A DNA stretch of 64,000 nucleotides, taken from Magallana gigas. Taxonomy: Eukaryota. Location: the NCBI RefSeq assembly GCF_963853765.1, contig NC_088862.1:3658001-3722000 (forward strand), read 5' to 3'. The notes beneath the pieces were generated by a model. It was not told where the DNA came from. It did not search any database and saw nothing but the letters and a program-made list of their open reading frames with translations. Positions 38,413 through 53,100 of the stretch are shown here, piece by piece; within the stretch, counting starts at the first letter, position 1, and every line of letters starts with the position of its first letter. The translations under genes were made by a program, and so were the position numbers.

Positions 38413-38599
38413 TCTATAGAATGACAATAAGTTATGCCCTGAATTATCTATTGAGTACATGCAGACTAAATGTCATTTCCATTTGATTTGAGGATATTGT
38501 GAGCTTGTTTATCTGAAATGCACATATAGATCAGATGTTTGAGCTAGAGCACTTAGATATACAAGCAGTGTAAAAAATAATACCCTACATGTAGATCAG

Positions 38600-38806
38600 T
38601 ATAATGCAGGTAAATATTTGCCCCTGTTTTATTTTCGCCCCTTTCACCCTCGTTGTCAGTAGACAAGGTGAATTCTATGTCGCAATTAAATAATATCTCT
38701 GTTAACACAACTGCATTTGGGTGAATTGAAGACAAGATGAAATCGTTTGCAAGTGAAGAAGGGCTAAAATAACATGGGGCAAAAATAACCCTGCATGTAT
38801 ACGGTA
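38600..38806. mobile_element. TA-flanked MITE (TTCGCCCC / GGGGCAAAA subterminal motifs)
   Basis: GCAGGTAAATATTTGCCCC at the left pairs imperfectly with GGGGCAAAAATAACCCTGC at the right. Confidence 0.5.
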
Positions 38807-40608
38807 TAATATGTATCTGTTTTTCTACATCTTCTTAAATTGTCTAAGACAATGACTTTTTGATAATGGGGATATTTACTTTCAAGAGACAGGGGTTAGG
38901 GTGTCTTTGAGATGCAAGAAGTGTAGGGGTGGTGGGCTGGGGGGCGGGGGGGGGGGGGGGGGGGGGCTCATGGGGGTAGTAAGGTTGATGTACATTATGA
39001 TGTCATTGAAGTCTCCCTTGAGTTATCAGCCTGGATGCAATTTCGGATTTTAATTCATCTTGAAGAAAAAAAAGTAGTTTTCACAAGGAGATAAGAAATG
39101 AAATGTTAAAAGTACATCCCAGTTAGTGACTACTAATTTAAAGATTAAAAATTTGATCCAGTAGTCACTATATATAGTGACCGCTAAAGCCTTCATCAAT
39201 GGCCCCTGCTTCCTTACAAGATTCAAAAGCAAGCAACACGGATTCTTCTGCAGAGTTGGAAAAAAGTCACCTTATATTGATTTTGAAAATATGCTTTTGT
39301 CATGGATTTTTATATCATATTAACAGTCTGAAAACATATTTTTTTTTATGTATTTATGACTCACATTCATCTATATAACCTCTGTAGTTTTTATACTTAT
39401 ATATAATTTTACTTTAGAAAGAAATTTGTGTAAATGTGCAAAGGATTCTTCAGCGAAAAGCATTTCTATCACAGTTTTCTCCCAGAAAGTACTCGACAAA
39501 TTAAGCATAACTTTAATTTTACTCTAAAACACTGTGTCATTTTATATGAAAACTTTTTACTCCCTTACTCCAAGACATTCCCTCATTAAGAATACCCCTC
39601 CAAGAAACCCCTCCCCTAAATAATAAGTCACCTCCCCCAACCCAGTCAGACAAGAAGATAAATTTCTACCTAATATGGCAAATGTAGATAACACGCATTA
39701 CAGCATATTTCATAAAGCTACATTGACAATGCATGTTATCTTTGCATGGTCCTTTTATCAAATTAATGAATAATGTATGCATGATTTGGATATGTTATAA
39801 TAGATTGGACCATTTCAGTTGGTATTTGTGATCCCAATAGTAGAATATAAGGAATTTACAGTGTTTTTGGTGGAACTATTGATAGCAGGGCACACATTTG
39901 ACATGTGCAGGAGATTTTTTTCTTTATGATGGAGAAATATACTGATTTGGAATATTAAGTTAGTTGTAGTTTACAGGGCTGTAAATTTAAATGGCTGAAA
40001 ATGTTTCCTAGTTAACCCAAAGGAATTTCCAAAAACATTTTTTTTCGTATGTGATTATATGAAGTAGTTTCATCTAATTCAGATAAAGTCAGCTTATATG
40101 GAAGGAAGATATGGATTTGATTACAAGATGTTCAAGCTTGTGATTTTTGTTTCCCTGGTACTGTAATTTATAGGACTGTGAACACTAAATGGTACAAAAG
40201 AGCAGACAAATATATGGGACCTTAAAAAATATAATTCTGTACCAATTTGACTTAGTGGAAATACCAGGGTCAGCATACAATACACGGGGAGAAATTGAGG
40301 CTAAAAATTTACCCCACTGTGATGGAGCGGAAAGGTCTCATCAGGTTAATTCGTTACCTATCTGCCAGGGTTTCAGGTAGAAATTTGTTTTACCTGTGTG
40401 ATATTTTCATACTTTTGTACTATTCATATGTACATGAACTTATATCACATTTATCCTTTTCCTTATTATTTCTCACCACACCTACCATTCGCAGAAGAAT
40501 GATAGCTAAAATGATCATCAAGATTTTTTCATCTTGGCATAATGGATTGGGTGATTGCCCTCAGTTGATAATTTGTTGTACCACATTATTGTTTTGTTTT
40601 GATTCTAT

Positions 40609-40611
<3 letters not shown>

Positions 40612-40677
<66 letters not shown>
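40612..40677. repeat. (GA)n microsatellite; others at about 44007-44076, 47772-47822, 49360-49440, 53346-53390, 31638-31660 and 13894-13923
   Basis: Seen directly in the sequence. Confidence 0.97.
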
Positions 40678-40679
<2 letters not shown>

Positions 40680-43404
40680 TATGTTAAAGTTGTGCTTTAA
40701 TCTACAGAAGATTATGGATATTTTGATCAGTACAAAAAACAATCTTGAAATCTAATTCTTCAAGAGTATAAAATGATTTCACGTTGTCACAGATAACAGT
40801 CAGATGAAGTAATTGTTCTCCCTATATATATAATTCAGAATTTCATAAAAGTTAATATCAATTTAACAGTATTTTACAGAAAACTGTTCATTATTGCTAT
40901 TAAAATGGAAATTTGATAATGTTTGTTGGTTCAGAGTGTATTTTTATCATATTTTTACCTTTCGATCTTTCTTTTACCTTAAATAAACGGGAGGGATATC
41001 ATTCATACATTTTTTGTTACTTTTTGGGCGTATCTCAAAAAATCTGACTGCTGATGGTTATCTGAGGAGATTATCCTCGCTGATTTACGCGGCAGGCAAT
41101 CGCTAATGACAGCCATGACCTGGTTGCTATGGAGTCCGGGTTGGCCTAAAGGGGAGTTAACTCTGTGGTGTGAAGAGTGATGAATGTAACAAGTGTCTCT
41201 TTGTGTTGAAGCAGACGCTAGCAGCTGTGGAACTGAGACAGTTGATAGTGTCGAAAAAATATATGTAGAAAATGTCTGTTTAGATTTTTAAGCAAAATGA
41301 ACAATCTATGAGTGGAGGAATTTGTCTGTCCCTACTGAAGAAGAGGATAGCATGTGTATACATGTGATCATTGTCATTGAGGTGTTCTACAGTTTTTTTT
41401 TATTTTTTTCACTGTTAGTGATGGAGACTCTAACAAAGTGTTAATTAAAGCCTTGACTGGAAATCTCAAATTATACAACTGTGAATAAAGGGGGAAGTTA
41501 TTGGTTTGTTTCGTGATGACAAGATTTGAGATGAATACGTTTCTGTAGCAATGACATGAACAACTTGTCAGTGTTTTCAGATGTGAAAACATAATTTTTT
41601 TTCCTAGCGAGGATTAACATTATGATTCGCCGCCAAGTCTAGGAGTAAAAAACTTTTGGTTTAAAGGATGGCAAAAGGAGAGAGACACACAACATAGTCA
41701 AGATTAAGACCACATACAGTATGTGATATCTTTGGAAATGATGCTGATCATTTTTACCGAATATTGAGAAAGCAACATCTTTTGGAAAAAGGGAAATGGT
41801 CATTGGTTTTGTTGAGATCTTTAGTACACTGTGTTTTTTTTAAAAGTCTCTAACTTTTCACTGGAGAACAACTATTTATTCATTTTATGCAATCTTATCA
41901 ACCATTGGTTCTATTTGAATAACGCATCACGGAGTATACAGATATGTTGAAAGTACATGCAACAAGTGATGGTTTTTGTCCAGAATTGGCCTGTTACGAC
42001 ATTGTAACAAGGTTATTATTGAGTATTGGATGAAAAAAAAACATTGGAGGCTTGAAGCACAGTGGAATATCTGTCAGAAAATATGACAGCTGAATTAATG
42101 AATTTCTTGCAGCAAAATAAATAATTAAGAAAAAAACCCAAAACAGAATGGAAAATTATGTGTGTGTTTGAACTGCACCTTCCCAGGGTTGTTTGATCTG
42201 GGTATAATGATGCAGCTTAAACAACTGCACATGTGATTTTGTCAGAATATATCAGAACGTAGCCAGCAAAGGATAGACTCTGTACCAGGTGACTGCGGAC
42301 ATTTTTACTGTATGTGTTTTTAGGAAAAAGTCATTTATTTCTTTCCCTTATGTTATAAAGGTTGTACATGCAGATAAATTTTCTGAGGGGGGTGTATTTT
42401 GTGCTTATCTTGAGCAGTAGTTTTAAGTTTCATAATATTTCTGTGCAACAGATAAAGTTCGACTTGGCAAGTGCTGCATATACATTTGCAGATGGCACAT
42501 AGATGAAACTATGATTTTTATAACTTCCTTCAGGAACTCATAATCTGAGAGTTTAGGGCATAGATCAAGTGACTGTGAAATTTGCCGATCTCGGATTAAT
42601 GTTTTGTACAATCGGACATCCACGAAAGTCTGTCGTGATCGCTTTCATGCAGACTGTATACTTTCGGAATTTGTGCCGAATTCTGTAAAGACACAAAATT
42701 TTAAAACCCTACGAGGATTTTCTTCTGAAGATACAGAGTTATGGCTGTTTGTGAAGAGTAGAACATTGGTGAATTGAGTGTTTTAAGTCTTGGATCACTG
42801 GTACCGACAGTTGGGGATACTAAAGCAAGGCTCTTCTTGGTTGCCAGAAGTTTGGATCTATAGATGCAATAACAAAGAAAAGCTTTGTATCATAAGTGCA
42901 ACGTAGTTGCCTCAAATTGACCGAAATTATGTGCTAATTCATGATGCAGTTTATCAAAGAAATGTTACCATCCTGCAGGCTCAGTGTGACCCAATGTTTA
43001 TACGTGACTGATCCAAATCACCTCAAGGTTTGATCAAATTGTTGAACTCCCCCCAAAAAAGGCCATTAAGTTTCGATTGGTCAGTGAAAATTTTGAAGTG
43101 TCCAATGGCTGCTCTGTTAACATCCCAGTCCTGGAGGGCTTTGTGGGATAGATTTATTTCCCAGATGGACGAGAAACTTGAGATCTTGAGGGAATCCCGA
43201 TGGAGTCCCAACAGATTATTGCCAGGTAATACAGTAGAAAGAGTAGTCATATGACAGGTTAGCTCAGTATTAATTAGCTAATTAATATTAATTAACCCTG
43301 CCTCCCCTTGCAGGGCCTTTACCCCCAAGCATCTAAAGCTGATGAGTTTACAGTAGGTCTTTCAAAATTCAACAGTCTTGTCTACTTTATTCATTTGTCT
43401 TTAA

Positions 43405-43901
43405 CAGGGCACGGTCACGATTTTGGTCAAGAATTATTTTTCCAATTTTAATGTTTACAATGCTTCAGTAAGGCATCTTTAACAAGCAACCAAATTTGAG
43501 TGTCATTCGTTGAGTTATATTAAGAGAGTTACAGAGCTTACAATTCTTTGCTATGTAAACAAAGCTTTTGTTTACATTTCGAATGTTGAAATGAAAATTC
43601 CAATTTTAGACCTAAAATGAAGTCTTAAATGTTCGGAACAGTTTATCTATGCTTAAAATGAATAAGACAATAGAGAAATCAGCAAAAAAGTTTTCACTGC
43701 TATATTGAACCAATGTAAACAAAAACAGGAAACGAGCCTTGTTTACATGACAAAGAATTGTGAGCCCTGTATTTTGCTTATATCTCTATGACTGACTCTC
43801 AAATTTCATTAGAACATTAGAAATGCATTCCTAAAGCATTGTAGAAAATAAAAATAGAAAACAGAAAAATAGAACTTGATAAAAATGGTGACCATGCCCC
43901 T
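43405..43901. mobile_element. Non-autonomous TTAA-TSD element (Kolobok/piggyBac-like)
   Basis: TTAA|CAGGGCACGGTCACGATTTTGGTCAA ... TTGATAAAAATGGTGACCATGCCCCT|TTAA. Confidence 0.7.
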
Positions 43902-44004
43902 TTAAAACTTGCAATGGAGGTGAATGTAGCTGTCACACAGTAACTTTTTCAAAGGTTAAAGATTCATTTAGAGTATTTTTTGTGTACCGTTCAGAGTATT
44001 CAAG

Positions 44005-44078
<74 letters not shown>

Positions 44079-45867
44079 TTGACATTTGGATTTGGCATGG
44101 TGGTTATTTTGAATCATTTTATTATGTAATCCTTGTCTGTTTTCTATGGAGAGATCCCAGAAACACTCTTGAGGATCTAAAAGGGAGAATTGTTAATGAG
44201 GAAGTAAAGTGATTGAATTGCATCATTTGTATTTTAGCAGTTTATTTACTGTTATACTGGCAGATAATTTCCTCACACTGTGCTTCATAACACTGATTGT
44301 CTGACATTCAAAAAGTGGTCTTTTAAAGTCACGGGTAAAGTAAAAATGTCAAGGTCATTCTGTAAATTAGGATGAAGGTCACTTTCAGGTAAAACTTATA
44401 GAAAATTCAAGGTCACTTAGATGTTTACAGAAAGATGTAGATTTGATTTAATGTCTCACTCATATCCATGACTTAACCTGTGCAAAGTTTCTCTTGTCAG
44501 TGACCTTATTTTATTAATTAATAATGAACATTATAAAAAAAAAATCACATTGGAAATGGGATTGTCTAATCATTATTTTCTTGCTCTATAATGGGTAGGC
44601 ATCCACTAAAAGTCAAGTGGAAGTTTTGAAGAAAAAAAAAATTGTAAAAAGAAAATTAGATATATTTACTTCAATGAAAAACACGTGTGGAATCTGAAGT
44701 AAAGGAAGAATAACAGACAGACAGTCATGTAGACTTGAAATATTGTTTACATTAAAAGAGAGAATAAAAGGCCAAAAAAAAAAGTTTGAGAATAGTTGTT
44801 GGTGTATGGAGCTTGTGTTTTAATTGATTCGATTAGTAAGCCTCTGTACAGCTGGGGAACTCTCGGAGCTGTAACAGTGAATTCTGGGAGGAAACGATCA
44901 GAATAGGAGCGCTGCTATTTACCTTCAAGAATGAGTCGAACAGAAGTTTTTCAATGTGTGTGTGGTTTTATAACCTGGTGCATCTAAAGATTGGATGATT
45001 TTGTGCAGTTCCCTATGTTGTTAAACTAAGTGTTTTTTTACATCTCATTCTGAATACCAGAAATGGATTTTACCTTCAGGTTTAGGATCAAGAAATGGAT
45101 TATTTATTTGTGAGTATTGTGCTTTTAACTTGAAAAGGAAAAAAATCAATGTTGAATTCTTTTTCAAAAAAGCGCACCATTTTTGTCGAGCTCTCTCTCC
45201 CTCTCTTTGACAATGCGCAACTGGAAGATACTTTTGGTCTGAAGCGTATTGATCCAGATTTCTGGTACTGATATCCTTGTACGGAAATAATGCCATTTCT
45301 GTTTAACCTGCAACTGTTCACCAGCGGTGAGAAACGCAGTAAACTGCTGCACGCTGCTGCACGCTGCACCTGATGATATGCACTTTCGCAGTAGCCATGT
45401 AATGGACTCACCTCCCCACTTTTCAAACAACCCCACTCTCTCTATGAACAGTGAAGCCCCAATTGATGTGACCTAGCCCTAACTAAATCTACAGAGATAT
45501 AATCATTTCATGTGGGTTAAAATCAGATTGTTCGGAGACACGGTGTATATTTTAAGTGTCTTTTGACGACTCTGATAAGATGTCATTATTTTAATGTGTG
45601 TGAATGCGTCCTTGAAGTCTGTCGCTGCAGCAGGGAAACATATTACATGTTGTTATGTTATTTACTTCTTCGACTCTCTGTTGCTGAAAAAATGGATGTC
45701 CTTAATGACCTGGTAATTTTTGTTCTGTTACGCATCTACCGTATGTAGTTTATGTTTGGATTATTTAAAGTTCCCATACGTTACCTCTGTGTGAAGTTGG
45801 TTAATTGAAATTGTCTTTCTTTTAGCCTTGATTTTTTCATTTTGGATAATGGGGATATATACGATTG

Positions 45868-46050
45868 AGTTGATCTGTAACACTGTACATTATGTACATT
45901 ATGTTGCTCCATTTGTCCAACGATCTTTGGCGTAATGTTTTTGACTTGATTTTTTTTCATCTGTGAGTCAAATTCGTTTGTTTTTTGTTGATCTGTAACA
46001 CTGTACATTATCGTTGCTTCATTTGTCCAACGATCTTTGGCATAATGTTG
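45868..46050. repeat. Direct duplication of about 65 bp
   Basis: GTTGATCTGTAACACTGTACATTAT...GTTGCT.CATTTGTCCAACGATCTTTGGC.TAATGTT occurs twice. Confidence 0.75.
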
Positions 46051-47766
46051 GCATAAAATCTCCGTTTTAGAAGAGCAGGTTGATGCTGATGCCAGCCTGT
46101 CAGACTGCAGGAAACATCAATGTCATCTTCTTCCATTTTGTGATGGACAATTTTTTTTTGCGTGTCTGTGAAAGCCTTGATGAATATTAATTGTAACTGA
46201 CTGTCATAGGGGAGAAATTGAGCCGAATGTCCGTCCACCGTAGCACAGGATTTTTTTTTTCAAAGAGAAATCAATTTTTAAAGAGAGTTGTGTTGGTTTT
46301 TTTTCTTCCTTATTTTTTTTCCTCCTCCGTTGTATAGCTGTGGATTCAGTGCTTGATGAAGATGGAGTGATTGAAGCACAGTGATGTGAAAGACAAGTTT
46401 TACAGAACGTTTATATTGACGGGGAAATTTTGTGCTACTCTTGTGACTCTGGAAGCACTGAAGGGAGATGTTTTATGTCCAGCTCATGTAATTTTACCAA
46501 GGAGAAAGTTTTACTTGAACTCACTCTGCTGTTTGATACTGATGAGTCCATTGTATCCCATTTTACTTACTATAGTTTGTAAAACTCTGAAGTGCATGTA
46601 AAAAAATTGTGAAAATTCAATTTGGAATGTCAGAGTTCACAAATTTAAAAAACCCAGAAAGAGATGTGAGAATTTTAAGGGGAAGTGTCATTGGAGTACT
46701 GTCTGACAATGGTGCTTGAGAGGATGTTAAACGTCGTCCTCTGAGATTGAATTGTTGTAGCTTTACCTCTGAGGCTGGGGTTCAGTAGGGGGGTCGGGAT
46801 TTCATGAGTAGCTGGTGTAGAGGATGGATCTAACATTACAGGATGAGGCACAAGTGGGTGACCAAGTCGGTATGTCTATAGCAACGGAAGGGCAAGGTCA
46901 AGTCACAACTATTTTTGACATCAAAATCAGATGACAGTGGATATATCGGATTTTATTGATTGCTCACAATCTTTTTTTTTTTTTTTTTTTAGGTTTTTTG
47001 GATTTGGTATATTAAATGTTGTTTAAATTTAACATGCTAGGAGTAAGATTTTCTTCAGTAATTTTGTACTTTAATTGTAAAAAACTTTGTACATTTTAAA
47101 TATGGGTTGATGCTTTTGCAAGTTAGTTTGGATTTCGGTTATATGAGCATATACATGATTATGTTGATGCTTAGAGCAAAGTGATTTTCATTCCCAGTGA
47201 CTTAATTACAAATTGTATACTCGAAAGATATAATGAATTATGCTTATAACGAAGCAATATCGCCAATCCTTTGCACTACTTTATAAGCGTGTTTTACTGT
47301 TAAATGAAGAACGAATTACATCTTAAATATGAAAATATTTGAGTTATCACAAGCAGAAAAACAGATAATCTTCAACCAATGTGGACTTGGAATTAGCACT
47401 GTATTCATCTCCTTTAATCAGTTTATCACAGGTCTCTCTTCTCATTCTTTTTGTTTCTCCCTCTCTACACAAAGATGTTTAACGATAATAAGCAGATATT
47501 CAGAATGTTTAGTAAATTTCAGAAGAATTTGTTGATAGGGTTTGAGCTACACCTTACATATCATAACCAAATGATTGAAATTGTTGAGAGATAATTGAAT
47601 TTACACCTGCGTGAAAACTCTGATGCCTCAACATCACACTGTGGCAGTTGTTGGCTAATTACTGCTCTCTTTCAACTTCTTCTTTCAGCACATGTTTTTA
47701 TATTTTTTTCCGTAATATGCAATATATCTCTCTCTTTTGTTTTTTCTAACTTGATCAGTTTCTTGA

Positions 47767-47824
<58 letters not shown>

Positions 47825-49354
47825 CACCATACGGGTTTGCTTTGTTGTAATGAATAACATTCTTATACTTGAAGTAGCAAATGAACTTAAAACAAAGTCG
47901 GAAAGTCGGAAGCACATGATTTAATTACTTCCATTGCGTGAGGCAAGGCTCATCCAGAGACTCTTAATACCTATCTTTTTCTTCTTTATTTCTTCTCAAG
48001 TTAGGAGGAAAAAAATTGCAGCTTTTAAAAAGCAATCATATTAAGTAGTGATGTTCTTTTTTTTTTTTCTTCACTGCTGTTTTTAGCATCAATGGAAAAT
48101 AAGGCAGCTTCATTTTCTATGGATCTGGAGACTTGTAGTAGCCATTATAAGGTTGTTGTCAACTTTTCACAGACCCAAGTTCTTTCTTCCACATGGCCCC
48201 AATCCACTTGTGTCTTGTCTTCTGTATTTTTATTTCTCACTCTCCTTTACTTTTACAAATAATGTTTTTCCTATAAAAACATTGATTAAAATTGAAAAGA
48301 AATTTGAAATGCATGCACAACTATTGGTCTTGAAGGTAAAAAAAATAATTACCTTATTGTTAATTATGAGCTGCAGTCCCGTTTTTATGCAGAAAACAAT
48401 TAAAATAGAATGGAGCAATGGAGCAAGTGTTTCTAACCAGACCAAGGTTATTTTTGATATATTTATGATAAGAGAAAGAGATTAACTTAAGCTGTTTGGG
48501 AGATAGGAAAGAAATAACCTTCTAGATGAAGAATACACAGGAATTGTGATTGATTTAGAACCAATTATAGAGTTGGCAAAGTGTAGAGTGGGACGTGTGA
48601 GAGGGCTGNNNNNNNNNNNNNNNNNNNNNNNNNNNNNNNNNNNNNNNNNNNNNNNNNNNNNNNNNNNNNNNNNNNNNNNNNNNNNNNNNNNNNNNNNNNN
48701 NNNNNNNNNNNNNNNNNNNNNNNNNNNNNNNNNNNNNNNNNAGACAGACAAGAGAAAGAGCACACAGAAAAGTGAGAGAAGACATACAGAGAGATGGACT
48801 GACTACAAAATGGACAGACAAAGGATAATAGACATGGATACTTGATGCAGGGAGAATTGTTCATGAAATGCTGTGGGATTATATGAAGTTCCATTATTAT
48901 TGCAAGGTGTAGGTTTAAGGAATAGGAGGAACTGACAGGAAAGTGAATCAATAGCTGCTAGAACATTAAGTCTGCCTTTTACTACAATTGACATGCAAGC
49001 TCTGGTTAAATGTTCTTTGGGAATTGCACACAATAAAATGGCATGTCCTAGTGTGAATCCTTATGGTTTCGTACAAGAAGTCACCAGAGTATCTCATGAC
49101 AAGGGCCCAGAAATCCTTTGGCTTGGTGGAGCAGCCACAATGAAAGATTTTTGTCGTGACTTGATTCACCTTCCTCTGTCTGTCTGGATTCCACCCAACC
49201 CCTTCATCTTATTCAATGTGTCACTTTTCAAAGAGACTGTTTGTCTGTCTGTGTATTGGAGATGTATATCTAAAGCTGCTCATTATCAGACTGATGACCT
49301 GCCGCCTCACTTTTCAAAAAGACTTTATCTATATGTCTGTCTGTGTATTGGAGA

Positions 49355-49444
<90 letters not shown>

Positions 49445-50178
49445 GTCCTGACACTAACACATTGATTTTCAGTCAATAGAGTCTCTCTCACTCTCAGACA
49501 ATGGGTTGCATATTTTCAAGACATTTGTTGCATGTTTATGGGGAAAGAAATTTCATTCACAATCAATATTTGCACACAGTCAAGTCATCCACAGCATTGT
49601 TAGAAACCTGTTTCGCTGTAATTGTCATAGCTTTTCAAGTGCAGGTTTTAAAACTATCAGACGTAATTTCCTACCAGGAGTCGAAGCTCTAAATGGCTTG
49701 GTGCTTTTAGATAGCGTTCCTTTACAGACAATGCCTAATGGTTAAGCTCTCTCATTACACCTCCATTTCCCACACCTTTTCCTTGACAAATTCTCTAATT
49801 ATTGATATGAAAAATTTTTTTTGTTGGTTTATGGTTTGTTTTTTTTTTTTAGTTTTCTTGGTAAGTGGAGAGTTCACAAATGTGCATACACAGAATCTCT
49901 CATCTTCTGAATCCTTATTTCTGACGTTGATCTTCTTTTAAAGTTGTCATGTTTATTGAACTTGTCATTGTTGAATAACTGTTCTTCAAAATAGTTCTGA
50001 ATATAAATAACAAGTTGTTATATGGTGGAGTTGTAAAGAGAGTGCTCATGTTTCTTTTTGTTGTAGATTTGTTATACAGACTAAAGAAATTTTGTTTTGT
50101 TGTAGATGTATTTTATAGTTTATTAGAGAAACCTCATATAAATTTATACCTTGTTGTTTCGTTGTAGAGCTGCACAGC

Positions 50179-53100
50179 ATGTCAATGAGGCTGGTGTCGG
50201 CCGGCGGTACCTATAATGTCCGAGCCTCGGAGATGTCCTCCCATCTACAGGATAGACAGCCAAAGATGGTCACCTGTATCGTCCACTTCCTGGACGACAG
50301 CCAGCAGGACTTCGAAGTCGACGTGAGTACTATTCAGCTTTCTATCTACCGGTATCTCAAAGTACTTCACATTCACAGTTTTGGTATTAGTACACTGTTA
50401 ACGTTATTGAAAGCCAAAGGGTTCTAACTTTGTAACTGTGTATTACAATTAAGGAATTTTAAACATATCATAAGAATGGACCTAACACTATATTCTGTTA
50501 CTGTGAAATCTTTGAAATTTGTTGGGGCTCCTTTTTCATGGATTTTATGTGTGTTATTGAGTGTTATTGAATTGAAAAGAATTGTCAGTTTACATAAATT
50601 AGCAATATTTAGTCTGATCTCAAGTCATAAGTTTCCTTCATAAAATGCCCCCCAGGAAAAATAGATAATTTGACCTTGACCTCTGTTTTTTGACTTTGAC
50701 AGAAGAAAGCCAAGTCGCAGGTGCTGTTAGACAAGGTGTTTGGTCACCTGGAGTTAGTGGAGAAGGACTACTTTGGCCTACAGTTTGTGGACCTCTCCCC
50801 CGCCCCCGACGGAATGATCAGCCATGCTCACCACCCTGTGGGGCCCTACGCAATGGTATGTGGGGTTTTCATTAAGGTGGCTCACTACACCTAGCAATAC
50901 TTTTTCAGATCAGCAGAAAATTTCTTGATTATGATAGAGAGCATGATGGATTAGATGTGTATAAGTCAAATAGGCAAAAAAAATTGCAATTTTGGTTGAA
51001 AAATTATCTTTTTAAAAATTTAGTTTAGTCAATATGAGCAAAAGCCCATGGAGGATTTGAACTCGTGATCAGCGGTTCACAAACTTGAGCTATGATGATA
51101 GTCGACCAAGCAGATTGATACAAACAATCTAACAAAACATTTAAGTTGCCATCTTGTGACGTAGTGTCTTAAAAAGTATCAGACTAGGTGAAGTGGGGTA
51201 CCTTAAACAAATGGTCAATTTACATTTTGAGAAAGTTACAGTACAAGTTATAATGGATTATTATGTGCTTTTATCCATTAATATGGCTATTTTTTGTGTT
51301 CTTTTAAGTTCTTTAATAAATGAATATTTTCTTTTTTGTTAACAGAGATGGCTGGACCCGTTGAAAACCATTAAAAAACAATGTAGGGGTACGTATTGAT
51401 AGATTTTGATGGAGACATCATATTTAATGAAGAACCATGATAATATATTAATGTGGTCCAAACAAAAACAAAATAGATAGATGTGAAAGAATAATCATAA
51501 GATATTATATAAATAGTGCCTGTTTGGGAGGGTAACAGTTGAAATTGACACCCCGAGAAAACCATTGTCAACCGACGCGAATTTATTTTGTTATACTGAA
51601 TGTCTTTTTTTAAAGTTTTAAGAAAATTTTACTGCTTTTATATAGGAATAACGTGAATTCTACAGCGAACCGTACGCGCATAATTTTCACGCATGTAACA
51701 TTTTTTAATGTTACCCGTTGCCAAGTGCGTTGCTAACGCTGAGGGTAATAGTAAATATTATTAACTGCGTCTTAACCAATCAGATTTCAGTATTTAACAT
51801 GAAAGTATAACAAGACAATATAACATTAATTCAGCTTTACTGTTGGCTCAGAAATCAAATCGTAGGAGATTGTCTATATTTCTGATATTTATGTTCAGAG
51901 GATTTCTGTTGTAATTTGTTGTAAAGAACCAGGAAAGATTCATGCATTTACTTGATTAAAAGAGTTAAGTTTTGCAAGACAAATTACAATGTTGTATACC
52001 TTTCTGTTATGTCTTTGCAGGCCCTCCCTATGAATTTTATTTTCGTGTGAAGTTTTATGTTTCTGATCCCAGCAAGCTTGAGGAAGAATATACGAGGTAT
52101 GGGAGTTCTGTATATTGTAGATTCCTAATTTTACGCGAGGAATTAATATCAACGTGAAATCGTGAGAAGCACTTATCGCAAATTTTTAAACTCTCACTTT
52201 TATTTTTTGGACAGACATAAATTAAACAAAAGTATGATAAATAATTTGGCGTTCGCGATCTTGTATTCTCATGATTTGATGCAAAAAGGTTGAATCGCAG
52301 AATTAAGTACTCGCGTTAAAAAAAGAATTAACAGTATTATGTGCCAACTATCTTTTCAATGAAAAGTTGTTTTTGATATTGAGCTATTTATATGAGAAAT
52401 TTTTTAACTGGTTATCGAGAATGTGTCTTCATGTATCGTTGTAAAGAAAAAAGAGAGCAAACTTGATTTACTTGATCTGTCAAGTAAGAAAGTGTATAAA
52501 ATGATTAACTGTTAAGTTACTTACTGAAGAAGTGATAAGACTCGGCCTGTCCAACCTTTCATAGGGAATTCTAGTACAGAAGATTAGTTTTTGTCTAACA
52601 TGTAATTAATGGTAAACACTTAAGGGATAAGATAGTAGATAACAAATAGTTGTGTATCTTTAAGTTTAAAGACTAAAGTTTAATGTTTCATCATGAATTA
52701 TTTTAAAAGATTGATTAGCGTCTTGTGGTATGCTGTAATGTTTGTTTGTATTTCATGTGTTTTGGGTTAATTTGTTTTTCCGTTTATTGTAGGTATCACT
52801 TCTTCCTACAAGTGAAGCGAGATATATTAGAAGGTCGTCTAGTCACCCCTCCCAGTACCGCCGCCCTACTGGCCAGTTTTGCCATTCAATGTAAGGGACA
52901 TTACTCTGTATTATGTGTCAAGCAAAGGGAGGGAATTCTACACAGTTTGATTTAGTATGATTGTGTATTTTATATAAGAAAGCAAGCATGTTATATCACA
53001 TGTCAATGAAATTACTTGAGAAACTAAGATCTAAAAACACCAACTTCTTGTTTGAATTGTTAGGAATACTAGTAATTGAGAGCAAGGACAAATATAAAAA

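Noticed and set aside
29845-48951. ORFs containing X runs
   Set aside because: They span assembly gaps.
49738-49860. Further PTPN4 first-exon candidates (MPN-G/gttaag at about 49740; hydrophobic ORF ending TTG/gtaagt at 49860)
   Set aside because: The first is trivially short with a weak donor. The second is phase 0 and out of frame with the 50168 exon.
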